Notes: generated by a model from the letters alone, not told the origin. A stretch of DNA of 27,841 nt from Elusimicrobiota bacterium (GCA_043819795.1 JBDREN010000040.1:1-27841); one strand, 5' to 3'; shown: positions 1 through 8,996, numbered from the stretch's first letter. Numbers and translations are program-made.

Positions 1-2076
1 GCTCAAGGCGTATGCGTCGTGCGTCGAGCCGATGGAGATCGAGTGGCCGGTCCCGCGCATGAGCTTGGGAGTCGTGGCCGTCGACGCGTGGAGCTGCGCG
101 GAGTAGTCCAAGGTCAGCGTGCTTCCCAAGAGCGGGTAGTCGCCCCAGACGCGGACCGTGCCCGTGTCGAAGTCCTGGTTGTAGGACAAGAGGTAGTTGC
201 CTTCGCGGTTGAAGCCGGCCGTGGAGATGCCGACCGCCGGGTTGATCCGGGCGGCTTTCAGGATGAGGTCCTCGCTCTTGGAGGCGTTGAAAAATACCTC
301 GGCCGTTGTGTTCGCGGCGGCGGCGCCGGTCTGGTCGTAGCCGAGGCTGCCGCCCGCGAACGTGGTCGTGGAGGAGCCGTCGAGATAGAGGCCGTAGCGC
401 GAGTTGGAGTAGGAGCGGTTCGCGGCCAGGGCGCTGTCGAAGGTCGCGCCGCTCAGCCAGATGCCCTCGAAAAAGTTCGAGTAGGCGTTGTTGGAGACCA
501 GCGAGGCGCCGTGGGAGTCCATCACGGCGATGCCGGTGTCCGAGTTGTCGTGCGCGTCGTTGGAGACCAGGGTGTTGTCGTCGGAGTAGGCGGTGAGCAG
601 GATGCCGTAGAACGTGTTGGAGTAGGACTCGTTAGCGTCCAGCGTGTTGTTGGCGGAGCTGTCGAGCCGGATGCCGGCCTCGCCGTTGTCGTAGAGGGTG
701 TTGCCGCTCAGGGAGTTGTAGGCGGCGCTGTCCAAAAAGACGCCCTCGTAGCCGTTGGAGTAGCAGGTGTTCGAGCCCAGCGTGGTGCCGGAGGAGGCGA
801 GGATGTTGATGCCGTCGTCCCCGTTGGAGTGGGCGTCGTTGGAGCTCAGGATGTTGCCGGAGGAGCTCTGGACGTGGAAGCCGTCGTTCGCGTTGTCGTG
901 GGAATTGTTGCCGGTCAAGGTATTCCGGCCGGAGGAGCCCTTGAGGTAGACGCCCACGTCGTCGTTGTTGTGCGCGTCGTTGTCGGTGAAGGCGTTGTCG
1001 GATGAGCCTGTCACCCAGAGGCCCTCGTAGTTGTTGGAGTAGGAATGGTTCGAGGCCACGACGTTGCCGGAGGAGGCGTTGAGCTCGATGCCGTCGTCGC
1101 TGTTGGCGTATACGCTGTTGGCGCTCAAGGTGCTGTTGGAGACGCCCTGCAGATGGATGCCGTCGTTGTCGCTCGAGTAGACGTTGTTGGCGGCCAGCGT
1201 GATGTTCTCGGACCCGTCGACGTAGATCCCGTAGGAGCCGCCGCGGACCGTGCAGCTGGAGACGGTCCCCCGGACATCGGAGCCGTCGAAGGTGATCCCG
1301 TACTTGGAGGCGGCGTTCGCGCCCAGATCGGCGAACTCGCCGTAGGCCAGGCTGAAGCTGGTCGCGTTGCGGGCCAGGTTGCGGATGTAGGCCGTGTTGT
1401 TCGACGTGTCCGTCCCGGAGGACCTGACGACCACGTTGCGCGTCAGGTTGGCCACGACGATCGGGGTGGTGCTGGTGAGGGCGCGTCCGTTGGTGATGCC
1501 TACGGCCCAGTCGACGCTCAGGGTGGCGCCGCCGGTGATGGCCGTGACGACTCTTTCCTCGGTCGCGCCCGGCCCGGTGCCGGTGGTCGGACCTATGGTG
1601 ATGGCGTCTCCCGCGGTCCAGGCGGTGGCGCTGGAAGCGGCGATGCTCAGCTGCGTCCCGCTCGCGGCGATGCCGGCCAGGGCGAAGCCGTATGGCGACT
1701 TGGTGGCTCCGCGGACCGTGAAATCGCCTCCGTCCTGGACGATGAGGCCGTACTGCCCGGCTGTCTGGCCGTAGGCCAGCACGAGCTGGGCGGTCGTGCC
1801 CGTGGGAATGGGATCGGCCTCGGTCCCCATGTCCAGGTGGCCGCCCGCCGCCACCGTGAGGTCGCCCTGGACCAACGTGAAGCTCGACTGCCCCACCCGG
1901 CTGAACTTGAGGGTGCCCGACACGGTGGTGGTGGACGCCGTGGCGGTGGTGATGTCGACGGTCACAGTGTGGCCGTCGGCGATGACGACCTCGTCGCTAA
2001 CGGTGGGGATCGTGCCGCAGGTCCAGGTGGCCGCGTCCGACCAAGGCCCGCTCTGGACGCTGACGACCGGATCGCA
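1..2076 (-). repeat. Module 2 (cut by the window edge): G8-like domain plus 13 beta-helix rungs
   Basis: Begins CDPVVSVQSGPWSDAATW. The scaffold is close to module 1 (GGHLDMGTEADPIP, YIRNLARNATSFSL, YNQDFDTGTVR, MRGTGHSISI). Rungs lie at ~1233-330. Confidence 0.85.
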
Positions 2077-5000
2077 GACCTGCCAGAGGACCTTGCCGTT
2101 GGGGTCATCGTCGTGGTCCTCCCCCCAGAGCGCGCCGCTCTCTCTGGTGAAGGTCCAGCTCAGGCTCGAGTCGCCGCCCTCCACGCGCACGTTGTGGGCG
2201 GAGTCGAAGCCGTGCGAGGAGCGCGAGAGCCCGAAGCTCACATCGTAGAAGGTGGCCAGGGAGGTGAGGTCCCTGGCGGTGATATAGGCGTTGGTCCCGG
2301 AGGCGAGGCCCATGTAGTCGAAGGTGGTGGTCGTGATGGAGACCCCGGCCGAGCCCGAGAGCTGGATGCCTTCCGGGTCCATGTTCGTCATCGATGAGTA
2401 CTCGGCGGTGAATGCGCCCGAGTCCACGAAGGTGTAGTAGGTGCTCCCGGCGAGCATGTCCACCAAAGTGTGCGTGCCGTCCACGCCCTTGAGCACGATG
2501 CCCGCGTCGGTGTCAGCAGTGATCTTCGAGCGTCCGTCGCGGAAGCCGTCGGCGGAGCGTCCGAACAGAAGACGCTTTTGCACGTTCTGGTCGCCCGCGG
2601 CCGCGATGAGGGCGAAGTCCACCCGGTCTCCCTCCGCGGGCGTGCCGCCGTCTGTGAAGTCCACGGTGACCTGGGGGGCGGAGTTCGGGATAGCGAGGTC
2701 GGTCGGGGAGCCCGTAAAGGCGGTGACCATGTCCACGCCGGAGGAGGAGCCGTCCACGTGCCACTCGCCGTCTCGGTATTCGAACGTGATGAGCTGGCTC
2801 AGGGCGTTGGCGTCGTTGGTCGAGTCGATGGAGATCGAATGCCCGGTCCCGCGCATGACCTTCGGCGTCGTAGCCGTTGAGGCGTAGAGCTGCGTGGAGT
2901 AGTCCAGCGTGAGCGTGCTTGCCGAGATGGCGTAGTCGCCCCAGATTCGGACCGTGCCCGTGTCGAAGTCCTGGTTGTAGGAGATCAGGTAGTTGCCCTC
3001 GCGGTCGAGTGCGGTCGTGGAGATCCCGACGGCCGGATTGATGCGCGCGCCTTTGAGCGTGAGGTCCTCGCTGAAGCCGGGATAGAAGCGTACTTCGGCC
3101 TCGGCGTTGGGGAGGTCGTTGCCGTCGGAGTCGTAGCCCACGTTGCCTCCGACGAGAGTGGTGCCGAAGGTGTTCCGGATGTAGACGCCGTAGAGCCCCT
3201 GAGAGAAGATGTCGTTCGCGATCAGGGTATTGCCGGTGGAGTCTTGGAAGGAGAGGCCGATGGTCCCGTTCGAATAGATGTTGTTCGCGGTCAAGGTGTT
3301 GCTGGAGGAGGCGTTGATGCGGATGCCGTACCATCGGTCCGAATAACTGTTGTTCTCGGTCAAGGTGTTTTCGTGCGAGGAGACCCATAGGTAGATCCCC
3401 CCGCTCATGTTCGAGTAAGTGTTGTTCTCGGCCAAGGTGTTGTTGGGGGAGGAGGATTGCAGGAGAATGCCGTAGCCACCCTGGGCGTAGGCGTTGTTCT
3501 CGATCAGGGTGTTGTTGGCGGAGGAGTCGAGAAGGATGCCGGTGTATCCGTTCGCATAGCTGTTGTTCGCGGTCAAGGTGTTGCCGGAGGCGCCGCTGAG
3601 CTGGATTCCGCTGGTCGAGTGCGAGTAGAGGTTGTTCGCGGTCAGGGTGTTGTCGGAGGTCCCGTTCAGAAAGACGCCGTATCGGCCGTTGCGCACGGTG
3701 GAGCTGGAGATTGAGCCCCGGGTCCCCGCCCCGTCGAAGGTGATGCCGTACTTGCTCGTGGAGTTCGCTCCGAGGTAGGCGAACTCCCCGTGTTCCAGGC
3801 TGAAGCTGGTCGCGTTCCGGGCCAGGTTCCGGATATAGGCCGTGTTGCCGGACGTGTCCGTGCCCGAGGACCGGACCAGCACGTTCCGCGTGAGGTTCGC
3901 CACGACGATGGGGCTTGTGTCGGTCAGGACGCGGGCGGTCGAGAGTCCCACGGACCATGAAATGGTCAATGGGTCCGTCCCGGCGATGCCGTCGATTACC
4001 CGCTCCTCGACCTCGCTCGGGCCGAATGCGTTCGTGGGCCCGATCGTGATCGTGTCGCCCACGGCCCAGGCCGTGGCGCTGGAGGCGGCGATGTCCAGCT
4101 CCGTTCCGCCCGCGTCGATGCTGGCGAGCGCGTAGCCGTAGGGCGACTTGGTCGCGCCGCGGACCGTGAAGCCGCCTCCGTCCTGCACGATCAGGCCGTA
4201 TTGCCCAGCCACCGTCCCTGAGGCGAGGACGAGATGCGCGGTGGTTCCCGAGGGGATGGGATCGGCCTCGGTACCCATGTCCAGGTGGCCTCCCGCCTCG
4301 ACCGTAATGTCGCCGCCGACGAGGGTCAGACTCGAATGGCTGACCCGGCTGAACTTGAGCGTCCCCAAGACGGTCGTGGTCGAGGCGGTCGCCGTTGTTA
4401 TGTCCACCGTGACGGTGTGCCCCGTTTCGATCGTCAGCGGGCTGCAGGTGGTCGGGCGAAAACCGCTGGACCAAGTCCCGGAATCGGACCAGGACCCGGT
4501 CTGCACGCTCGCGACGGGATCGCAGGGATCCTGGATGTAGAAGCTCGCCTCCGCGCTCCAGGTGCCGCGAGCCAGGCCCGCGTCGATGGATCGGACCCGG
4601 AAGTAATACGTCGTGCTTGTCTGAATGGCTCCGCCGACCGCATCGGGCTCCGTGCTGATGAAGACCCCGTGCTTGAGGCCGCCGTCCCCGGGCCAGGTCT
4701 TGTAGGCCGGACGCGGATAATGGCCCAACAGCGGCGAGCCGTTCGCCCAGGTCAACGTGAAGGATGAGGGGGAGAGGATCCTAAGCTCGTCGCCCGAAAG
4801 GTTTATGGAACCGGTCGCCACCGCCAGGGCGTAGTAGACGCTCTCAGTGGAGCCGTTGTTGTCGTGGTCCGCCGCGTCCCACTTGAAGGTGAGCGTGCTG
4901 AAATCGGCGTCGTACTCGAAGGAGGCGGAAAGCCCGCCGGGGGCCGTGGGAGCGGTGTTCGAGCTGGGGAATACGCCCCTGTAGACTCGGTGGTTGGTGG

Positions 5001-8000
5001 TCGTGCTCACGACCCCCATATCCAGGTTCCCGTCATCGTCGAAATCGCCCCAGGCGACGCCCCAGGTGCTTTCCGCCTCGGTGCTGACCCGGACCGAGGC
5101 GAACGTCGCGTCGCCGTTGTTGCGATAGACGCGGTTGACGTCGCTCCAGTTGCCGACCGCGATATCCGGATACCCGTCGCCGTCGAAATCCCCCGAGGCG
5201 ACGCTATTGGTGTTCTCGCCCTCCGGGCTCGTCCATACGGACGTGAACGTGTCGTTCCCGTCGTTGCGATAGACGCGATTGGCCTGGCTGTTGTAATTGC
5301 CCGCCGCGAGATCCAGATCCCCGTCATTGTCGAAATCTCCCCAAGCCACGCTGCGGGTGTCTTCCGACTCGCCGCTCTCCCAGGCCGTAGTGAACGTCCA
5401 GTCCCCGTTGTTGCGAAAGACGCGGTTGACGTCCCCGTGATTGCCCACAGCCATATCCAGATCCCCGTCGTTGTCGTAGTCCCCCCAGGCGACGCTTCTG
5501 GTGTTTATCGACGCGGGGCTGGTCCAGACCGAGGCGAACGCCCCGTCCCCGTTGTTGCGATATACCCGGTTGGCTTGGCCCTCATTGACCGCCGCGAGAT
5601 CCAGATACCCATCGTTGTCGAAATCCCCCCAAGCGACCATATGGGTGGCCTCCGCCTCGGAGCTGTTCCAGGCCGACGTGAACGTCCCGCCCCTGTCGTT
5701 GCGGTAGACCCGGTTGGTCTCCCCGACACCGCTTCCGTCGTTCGCCACCGCAAGGTCGAGATCTCCGTCGTTGTCGTAATCCCCCCAGGCGACGCCGGTG
5801 GTGTACTCCGTCTCGGCGCTTGTCCAGACGGACGTAAAAGTCCCGTCCCCGTTGTTGCGATAGATCTCGTTGGCGGTGGACGTATAGTTCCCGACCGCCA
5901 GATCCAGGTCTCCGTCGTTGTCGTAATCCCCCCAAGCGACCCCGATGGTGTCCTCGGTTCCGGCGCTGGTCCACACCGAGGTCCAGCCGTAGGTCCACGT
6001 GGAGCCCGCCGCGACGTAGTTCGCCCCGTCGTCCCAGTTGAGGCTCCCGACCCGGAAGTAGTAGGTCGCCCCCATGGCCAGCCCGGAGACCGTCAGCGTG
6101 CTCAGCTCCACGTTCGGCGTGGAGGAGGAATAGACCGTGCCGGTGAAGTCGCTCGAGGTGGAGGCCTGCAGGACATAGCCCTCGGCCGTGGAAGTGGAGC
6201 CTTCCTGCGCGGCCGTCGGCAACGGGAGCCAATTGACCGTCACGCTTGTAAGGGAAACCCCCTCGAAATCGGCGCCCGAGACCTCGTTGGCCAAAGTGGA
6301 GGTCGAGGCCGAGGCGCCCGCCGGCCCCGCGCCGCAGGTGCCCTGTCCCTTGACGAGCAGTTCCTGCTCGGTGTTCGGCGGCACCGCTTCGAGGATGAAC
6401 GGAGGAGCGCTCACGTTGGCGATGGGCGTGCCCGTGTCGGTGGCGTAGTAGACGTTGTAGGAGTCGGCTTCGGTGATGAGCGACCAGGTCCAACTGATCG
6501 ATGAGATGCCCAAAGTCGTCGGCGACATCGCCGACGAGCCCTCCACCAGGCTGCCGCAGCCGTGCACCCAGACCTTGCCGCTGCCGAAGGTGTTGTTCGG
6601 GACCGCCCCGGCCGCCAGGACCTTGGAGTCCGCGCGCGCCGTGGCCGCGAGCGCGTCCTCGACCTCCTGCGGGGTCTGCGTCGAATCGTCCTGAAGCCTG
6701 AGGGCGATGAGTCCGGCCAAGACCGGCGCGGCCGCGCTGGTGCCGCTCGCGTGGTAGTGGCGGCCGTCGCGGGAGATATAGACCGCGCCCACCGTGGCGT
6801 CGTTCGACATCGAGGAGCTCACCCACTCGCCCGGGGCTGCGAAATCGGGCTTGGTCCGCCCGTCCCGGGTGGGGCCGCGGCCGCTGGAGCCGGCTATGTC
6901 ACCCAGCAGCCCCGCGGTGCAGATCGTCGTGTCGGTCGTCTCGCCGCCCGCGTCGGTCCGCCAATCGCGCTTGCTGCAGAACGACGCGACCGAGACGACG
7001 TTGTCCGCCACGGCCGGCGAGCCCAGCGTGGACGCGGTGTCCACGTGAGTGGTGAAGCTCGCGTAATTGACGTCGAAGATCCAGCCGTGGAGCTTGCCGC
7101 TGCCGCCGTTGACGGTGCGGGTGAACTTGACGTACCAGTACTGGTAGTCGATGCTGGGATTCTGGTAGATCTTGACCTTGATCTGCTTGTCGCCGCTCGG
7201 GTGGGAGTTGGTCCCGTTCCAGATCGAGATGGCCGTGGAGTCGATGAGGCTGTCTATCACGTCGGTGCCCGAGCTGGCGGTCACCGTATCATCCACCGAT
7301 GAGAACTCGTCCGTGGACACCGAGGCCGTGTACGCGTCGCCGGTGTCGGCCCAGAACTCGACATCGATCCAGTTGTACGCGGTATGGATGTCGATCCAGA
7401 AGGCGTCCGTGCCGCTCGCGGCGACGGTCGTGGAGGCGTGGATCCCGTTGTCATGATCGTTGCCCATGGCCACGACCACCGGGGTGCTGGCGGCGATGGT
7501 GTTCAGCTGCTGCTCGAAGCTGCGCGTGCCGTCGTGGGCCCCGACCTGGGCGGTCACGGCCAAGTTGATGACCGCGGGCTTGCCGAGGGCCGCCGCCTTG
7601 CCGATGATGTAGTTGACGCCGTCGATGAGGTCGGTGTCGTCATAGTCGGTTTTGACCATGATGATGTCGGCGGCCGGGGCCATGCCGGTGAAGGTGCCGG
7701 CGGGCAGGTCCCCGTCGGTGTCGCTGCCGTCGCCGGCCGCGATGCCGGCCAGGTGCGTGCCGTGGCCGCTTGTGTCCGTCTGGAGCACGACCCCCGCCGG
7801 GGAGCCGTCGATCTCATCGTCGATCTGGGCCTGGGTGTATTCGGCGCCGTAGCCGTAGCCGGACGGGAAGGGCCCCCCCGTGTGGGAGCTGATCGTCTGG
7901 TCCCAGATGTAGAGGATCCTGGTCTGGCCCCCGGCGTTGATGAAGTCCTCGTGCGTGTAGTCGATGCCGGTGTCCACCAATCCGATGACCACCCCCGCGC

Positions 8001-8484
8001 CGTCCCTGGAGCCGAAGCTGGGATAGCTCGAGTCCACCACCCCGCGATAGAGACCCGAGGTCACGGTGGTCGAGCGGACCACGTCCAGGGCCGGCCCGTA
8101 GCGGACCGCCGCCTCCGCGTACTCCAGGTCCGGGTCGGCCTCCAGCGCGTCGAGGTGGGAGAACGGCATCTCCGCGGTCACGATGCGGCCGTTCATGGCC
8201 CCGAAGCGCGCGCCGGGATAGCGGGCGGCCAGGTCCCGGCGCTTCACGCCGGGGCGAAGGCGCAGGAAGACCTTCACCGCTTGCACTCGCTTTCCGGCCT
8301 GGCCGGGAGGGCGGAGCCGGCCCTTGGAGCGCTCCGTCCCGGAGCCGGACCTGAGCTCCCGCAGGCGGGGGGCGAACTTGCGAGCCGCGGCGCGGACTTC
8401 CGCGGAAAGAAGCGGAAGGATCAGCGCCGCGATCGCGAGCAGCCGCCCGAGCCGCGCCCACGCTCTCGTCCGCGCCCCGTTCAC
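1..8484 (-). CDS. Giant secreted multidomain protein (>=2828 aa, 3' end beyond the window): signal peptide, S8 subtilase, FN3-like, FG-GAP propeller, FN3-like, tandem G8-like/beta-helix modules
   Basis: Manual translation from GTG 8484 (MNGARTRAWARLGRLLAIAALILPLLSAEVRA..., a signal peptide) stays open to position 1 (...MRGTGHSISIGSTHDAYALS). The track lists no stop-terminated ORF in this frame. The long + frame-1 ORFs (19, 1045, 4864, 6562, 7384) are its antisense shadows. The start overlaps the stop of ORF 8481..8738 (GTGA). Confidence 0.93.
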   Translation of the reverse strand, partial: MNGARTRAWARLGRLLAIAALILPLLSAEVRAAARKFAPRLRELRSGSGTERSKGRLRPPGQAGKRVQAVKVFLRLRPGVKRRDLAARYPGARFGAMNGRIVTAEMPFSHLDALEADPDLEYAEAAVRYGPALDVVRSTTVTSGLYRGVVDSSYPSFGSRDGAGVVIGLVDTGIDYTHEDFINAGGQTRILYIWDQTISSHTGGPFPSGYGYGAEYTQAQIDDEIDGSPAGVVLQTDTSGHGTHLAGIAAGDGSDTDGDLPAGTFTGMAPAADIIMVKTDYDDTDLIDGVNYIIGKAAALGKPAVINLAVTAQVGAHDGTRSFEQQLNTIAASTPVVVAMGNDHDNGIHASTTVAASGTDAFWIDIHTAYNWIDVEFWADTGDAYTASVSTDEFSSVDDTVTASSGTDVIDSLIDSTAISIWNGTNSHPSGDKQIKVKIYQNPSIDYQYWYVKFTRTVNGGSGKLHGWIFDVNYASFTTHVDTASTLGSPAVADNVVSVASFCSKRDWRTDAGGETTDTTICTAGLLGDIAGSSGRGPTRDGRTKPDFAAPGEWVSSSMSNDATVGAVYISRDGRHYHASGTSAAAPVLAGLIALRLQDDSTQTPQEVEDALAATARADSKVLAAGAVPNNTFGSGKVWVHGCGSLVEGSSAMSPTTLGISSISWTWSLITEADSYNVYYATDTGTPIANVSAPPFILEAVPPNTEQELLVKGQGTCGAGPAGASASTSTLANEVSGADFEGVSLTSVTVNWLPLPTAAQEGSTSTAEGYVLQASTSSDFTGTVYSSSTPNVELSTLTVSGLAMGATYYFRVGSLNWDDGANYVAAGSTWTYGWTSVWTSAGTEDTIGVAWGDYDNDGDLDLAVGNYTSTANEIYRNNGDGTFTSVWTSAETEYTTGVAWGDYDNDGDLDLAVANDGSGVGETNRVYRNDRGGTFTSAWNSSEAEATHMVAWGDFDNDGYLDLAAVNEGQANRVYRNNGDGAFASVWTSPASINTRSVAWGDYDNDGDLDMAVGNHGDVNRVFRNNGDWTFTTAWESGESEDTRSVAWGDFDNDGDLDLAAGNYNSQANRVYRNDGNDTFTSVWTSPEGENTNSVASGDFDGDGYPDIAVGNWSDVNRVYRNNGDATFASVRVSTEAESTWGVAWGDFDDDGNLDMGVVSTTTNHRVYRGVFPSSNTAPTAPGGLSASFEYDADFSTLTFKWDAADHDNNGSTESVYYALAVATGSINLSGDELRILSPSSFTLTWANGSPLLGHYPRPAYKTWPGDGGLKHGVFISTEPDAVGGAIQTSTTYYFRVRSIDAGLARGTWSAEASFYIQDPCDPVASVQTGSWSDSGTWSSGFRPTTCSPLTIETGHTVTVDITTATASTTTVLGTLKFSRVSHSSLTLVGGDITVEAGGHLDMGTEADPIPSGTTAHLVLASGTVAGQYGLIVQDGGGFTVRGATKSPYGYALASIDAGGTELDIAASSATAWAVGDTITIGPTNAFGPSEVEERVIDGIAGTDPLTISWSVGLSTARVLTDTSPIVVANLTRNVLVRSSGTDTSGNTAYIRNLARNATSFSLEHGEFAYLGANSTSKYGITFDGAGTRGSISSSTVRNGRYGVFLNGTSDNTLTANNLYSHSTSGIQLSGASGNTLTANNSYANGYTGILLDSSANNTLIENNAYAQGGYGILLQSSSPNNTLAENNTYSNMSGGIYLWVSSHENTLTENNSYSDRWYGIRINASSSNTLTANNIYSNGTIGLSFQDSTGNTLIANDIFSQGLYGVYIRNTFGTTLVGGNVGYDSDGNDLPNAEAEVRFYPGFSEDLTLKGARINPAVGISTTALDREGNYLISYNQDFDTGTVRIWGDYAISASTLTLDYSTQLYASTATTPKVMRGTGHSISIDSTNDANALSQLITFEYRDGEWHVDGSSSGVDMVTAFTGSPTDLAIPNSAPQVTVDFTDGGTPAEGDRVDFALIAAAGDQNVQKRLLFGRSADGFRDGRSKITADTDAGIVLKGVDGTHTLVDMLAGSTYYTFVDSGAFTAEYSSMTNMDPEGIQLSGSAGVSITTTTFDYMGLASGTNAYITARDLTSLATFYDVSFGLSRSSHGFDSAHNVRVEGGDSSLSWTFTRESGALWGEDHDDDPNGKVLWQVCDPVVSVQSGPWSDAATWTCGTIPTVSDEVVIADGHTVTVDITTATASTTTVSGTLKFSRVGQSSFTLVQGDLTVAAGGHLDMGTEADPIPTGTTAQLVLAYGQTAGQYGLIVQDGGDFTVRGATKSPYGFALAGIAASGTQLSIAASSATAWTAGDAITIGPTTGTGPGATEERVVTAITGGATLSVDWAVGITNGRALTSTTPIVVANLTRNVVVRSSGTDTSNNTAYIRNLARNATSFSLAYGEFADLGANAASKYGITFDGSDVRGTVSSCTVRGGSYGIYVDGSENITLAANNVYSSDNDGIHLQGVSNSTLSANSVYANSDDGIELNASSGNVVASNHSYSNNYEGLWVTGSSDNAFTDNDAHNNDDVGVYLKGSSGRNTLTGNNSHDNANDGFHVQSSSGNILSSNDAHSNGDDGINILASSGTTLGSNTCYSNGYEGVFLDSAAYNSLSGNTLYDNGEAGIRLDSSANNTLDANESYSNTFYGILLTAYSDDNTLVSNDAHDNSDTGIAVMDSHGASLVSNNAYSNFFEGIWLSGATFDSALAANRSYSNSRYGLYLDGSSTTTFAGGSLGYDQTGAAAANTTAEVFFNASKSEDLILKAARINPAVGISTAGFNREGNYLLSYNQDFDTGTVRVWGDYPLLGSTLTLDYSAQLHASTATTPKLMRGTGHSISIGSTHDAYALS
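2077..4524 (-). repeat. Module 1 (816 aa): G8-like domain, 8 beta-helix (PbH1-like) rungs, C-terminal beta region
   Basis: Begins CDPVASVQTGSWSDSGTW. Contains GHTVTVDITTATASTTTVLGTLKF, GGHLDMGTEADPIP and ANLTRNVLVRS, then ~23-aa GIxLxxSxxNTLxxNNxY rungs at ~3680-3130. Offset 2448 nt from the module 2 start. Confidence 0.85.
4975..5985 (-). repeat. Seven FG-GAP/VCBS-like repeats (probable 7-bladed beta-propeller) within the giant ORF
   Basis: Seven ~48-aa units of the form (W/S)GD(Y/F)DxDGxxDxAVxN...NRVYRN(N/D)GDGTF near 5930, 5790, 5630, 5485, 5340, 5195 and 5050. DxDxDG loops are typical Ca2+-binding motifs. Confidence 0.9.
6580..8010 (-). other. S8 subtilase catalytic domain (CspA/CspB-like, with an inserted beta-domain) within the giant ORF
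   Basis: Catalytic triad motifs: GAGVVIGLVDTGIDYTHEDF (Asp 7972-7974), DTSGHGTHLAGIAAG (His 7762-7764), SGTSAAAPVLAG (Ser 6736-6738). Also oxyanion VVAMGND and SGRGPTRDGRTKPDFAAPG. A ~120-aa insertion (~7440-7070) follows the GN motif, and a prodomain-length segment lies at ~8390-8020. Confidence 0.92.
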
Positions 8485-8738
8485 CGGAGCACCCCGATCA
8501 TCCCGGAGTCCGCCCGGCTCTTGTGGAAGCGCAGGCCAAGCGGCAGGCATCGCGTCGAGCCCGCCGACCAGCCGCCGGTCCGCGCGCTTGTGATTTGTGC
8601 CCACGAAGCCGAGGGGCCCGCCAACAGGACCGCGAGAGCGAGGCACAACGGGGCCAAGAATGCCGGAAGGGAGGGGAATGCGGCGGACTTTGGGGGCAGG
8701 CCGCGTCTCGGCGATTCGGGGGCTTGCTGGCCGGTCAT
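8481..8738 (-). pseudogene. Small ORF (85 aa): signal peptide plus a truncated G8-module start; possible relic N-terminus or leader
   Basis: Hydrophobic FLAPLCLALAVLLAGPSASWA/Q with a signal-peptidase-like site, then ITSARTGGWSAGST resembling the module starts, then unrelated sequence. The stop overlaps the giant gene start. Confidence 0.45.
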
Positions 8739-8996
8739 GGGCGTAATTACCGCTCAATAATACGCTTACCTTATAGGCGCGAAATCTTTGTTACGGCGGT
8801 GCGAAGTCGCGGCGAGTTGTTGTTTCTCGGGAAATCCGCGTCGAATCCGGCGCCCGCCCCTTTGTTTTTTCTTCGTTTTTTCGGGTCCGGTTCCTTCCGC
8901 CGCGTCGGGTCGGGCGCTTTCCTGGTCTTTTTTCCCCGCGTCTGATTCGTGCTGTTGCGAGAGGATCGTCGGGGCAGGCAAAAACGACAGAAGTCC

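Noticed and set aside
19..8760. Long + strand ORFs (19..1005, 1045..2397, 4864..6504, 6562..7302, 7384..8760) and off-frame minus ORFs (2513..4474, 5582..6826)
   Set aside because: Antisense or alternate-frame shadows of the giant gene caused by high-GC codon bias; they have no recognisable motifs.
8485..8790. The giant frame stays open upstream of 8484, so an earlier start or a frameshift fusion with the 85-aa ORF is possible
   Set aside because: The extension has no signal-like or domain-like character. GTG 8484 is followed directly by a signal peptide and has a GTGA overlap.
8755..8800. Candidate -10 boxes (TATAAG, TATTAT) for the giant gene
   Set aside because: No convincing -35 at proper spacing; too weak to call.
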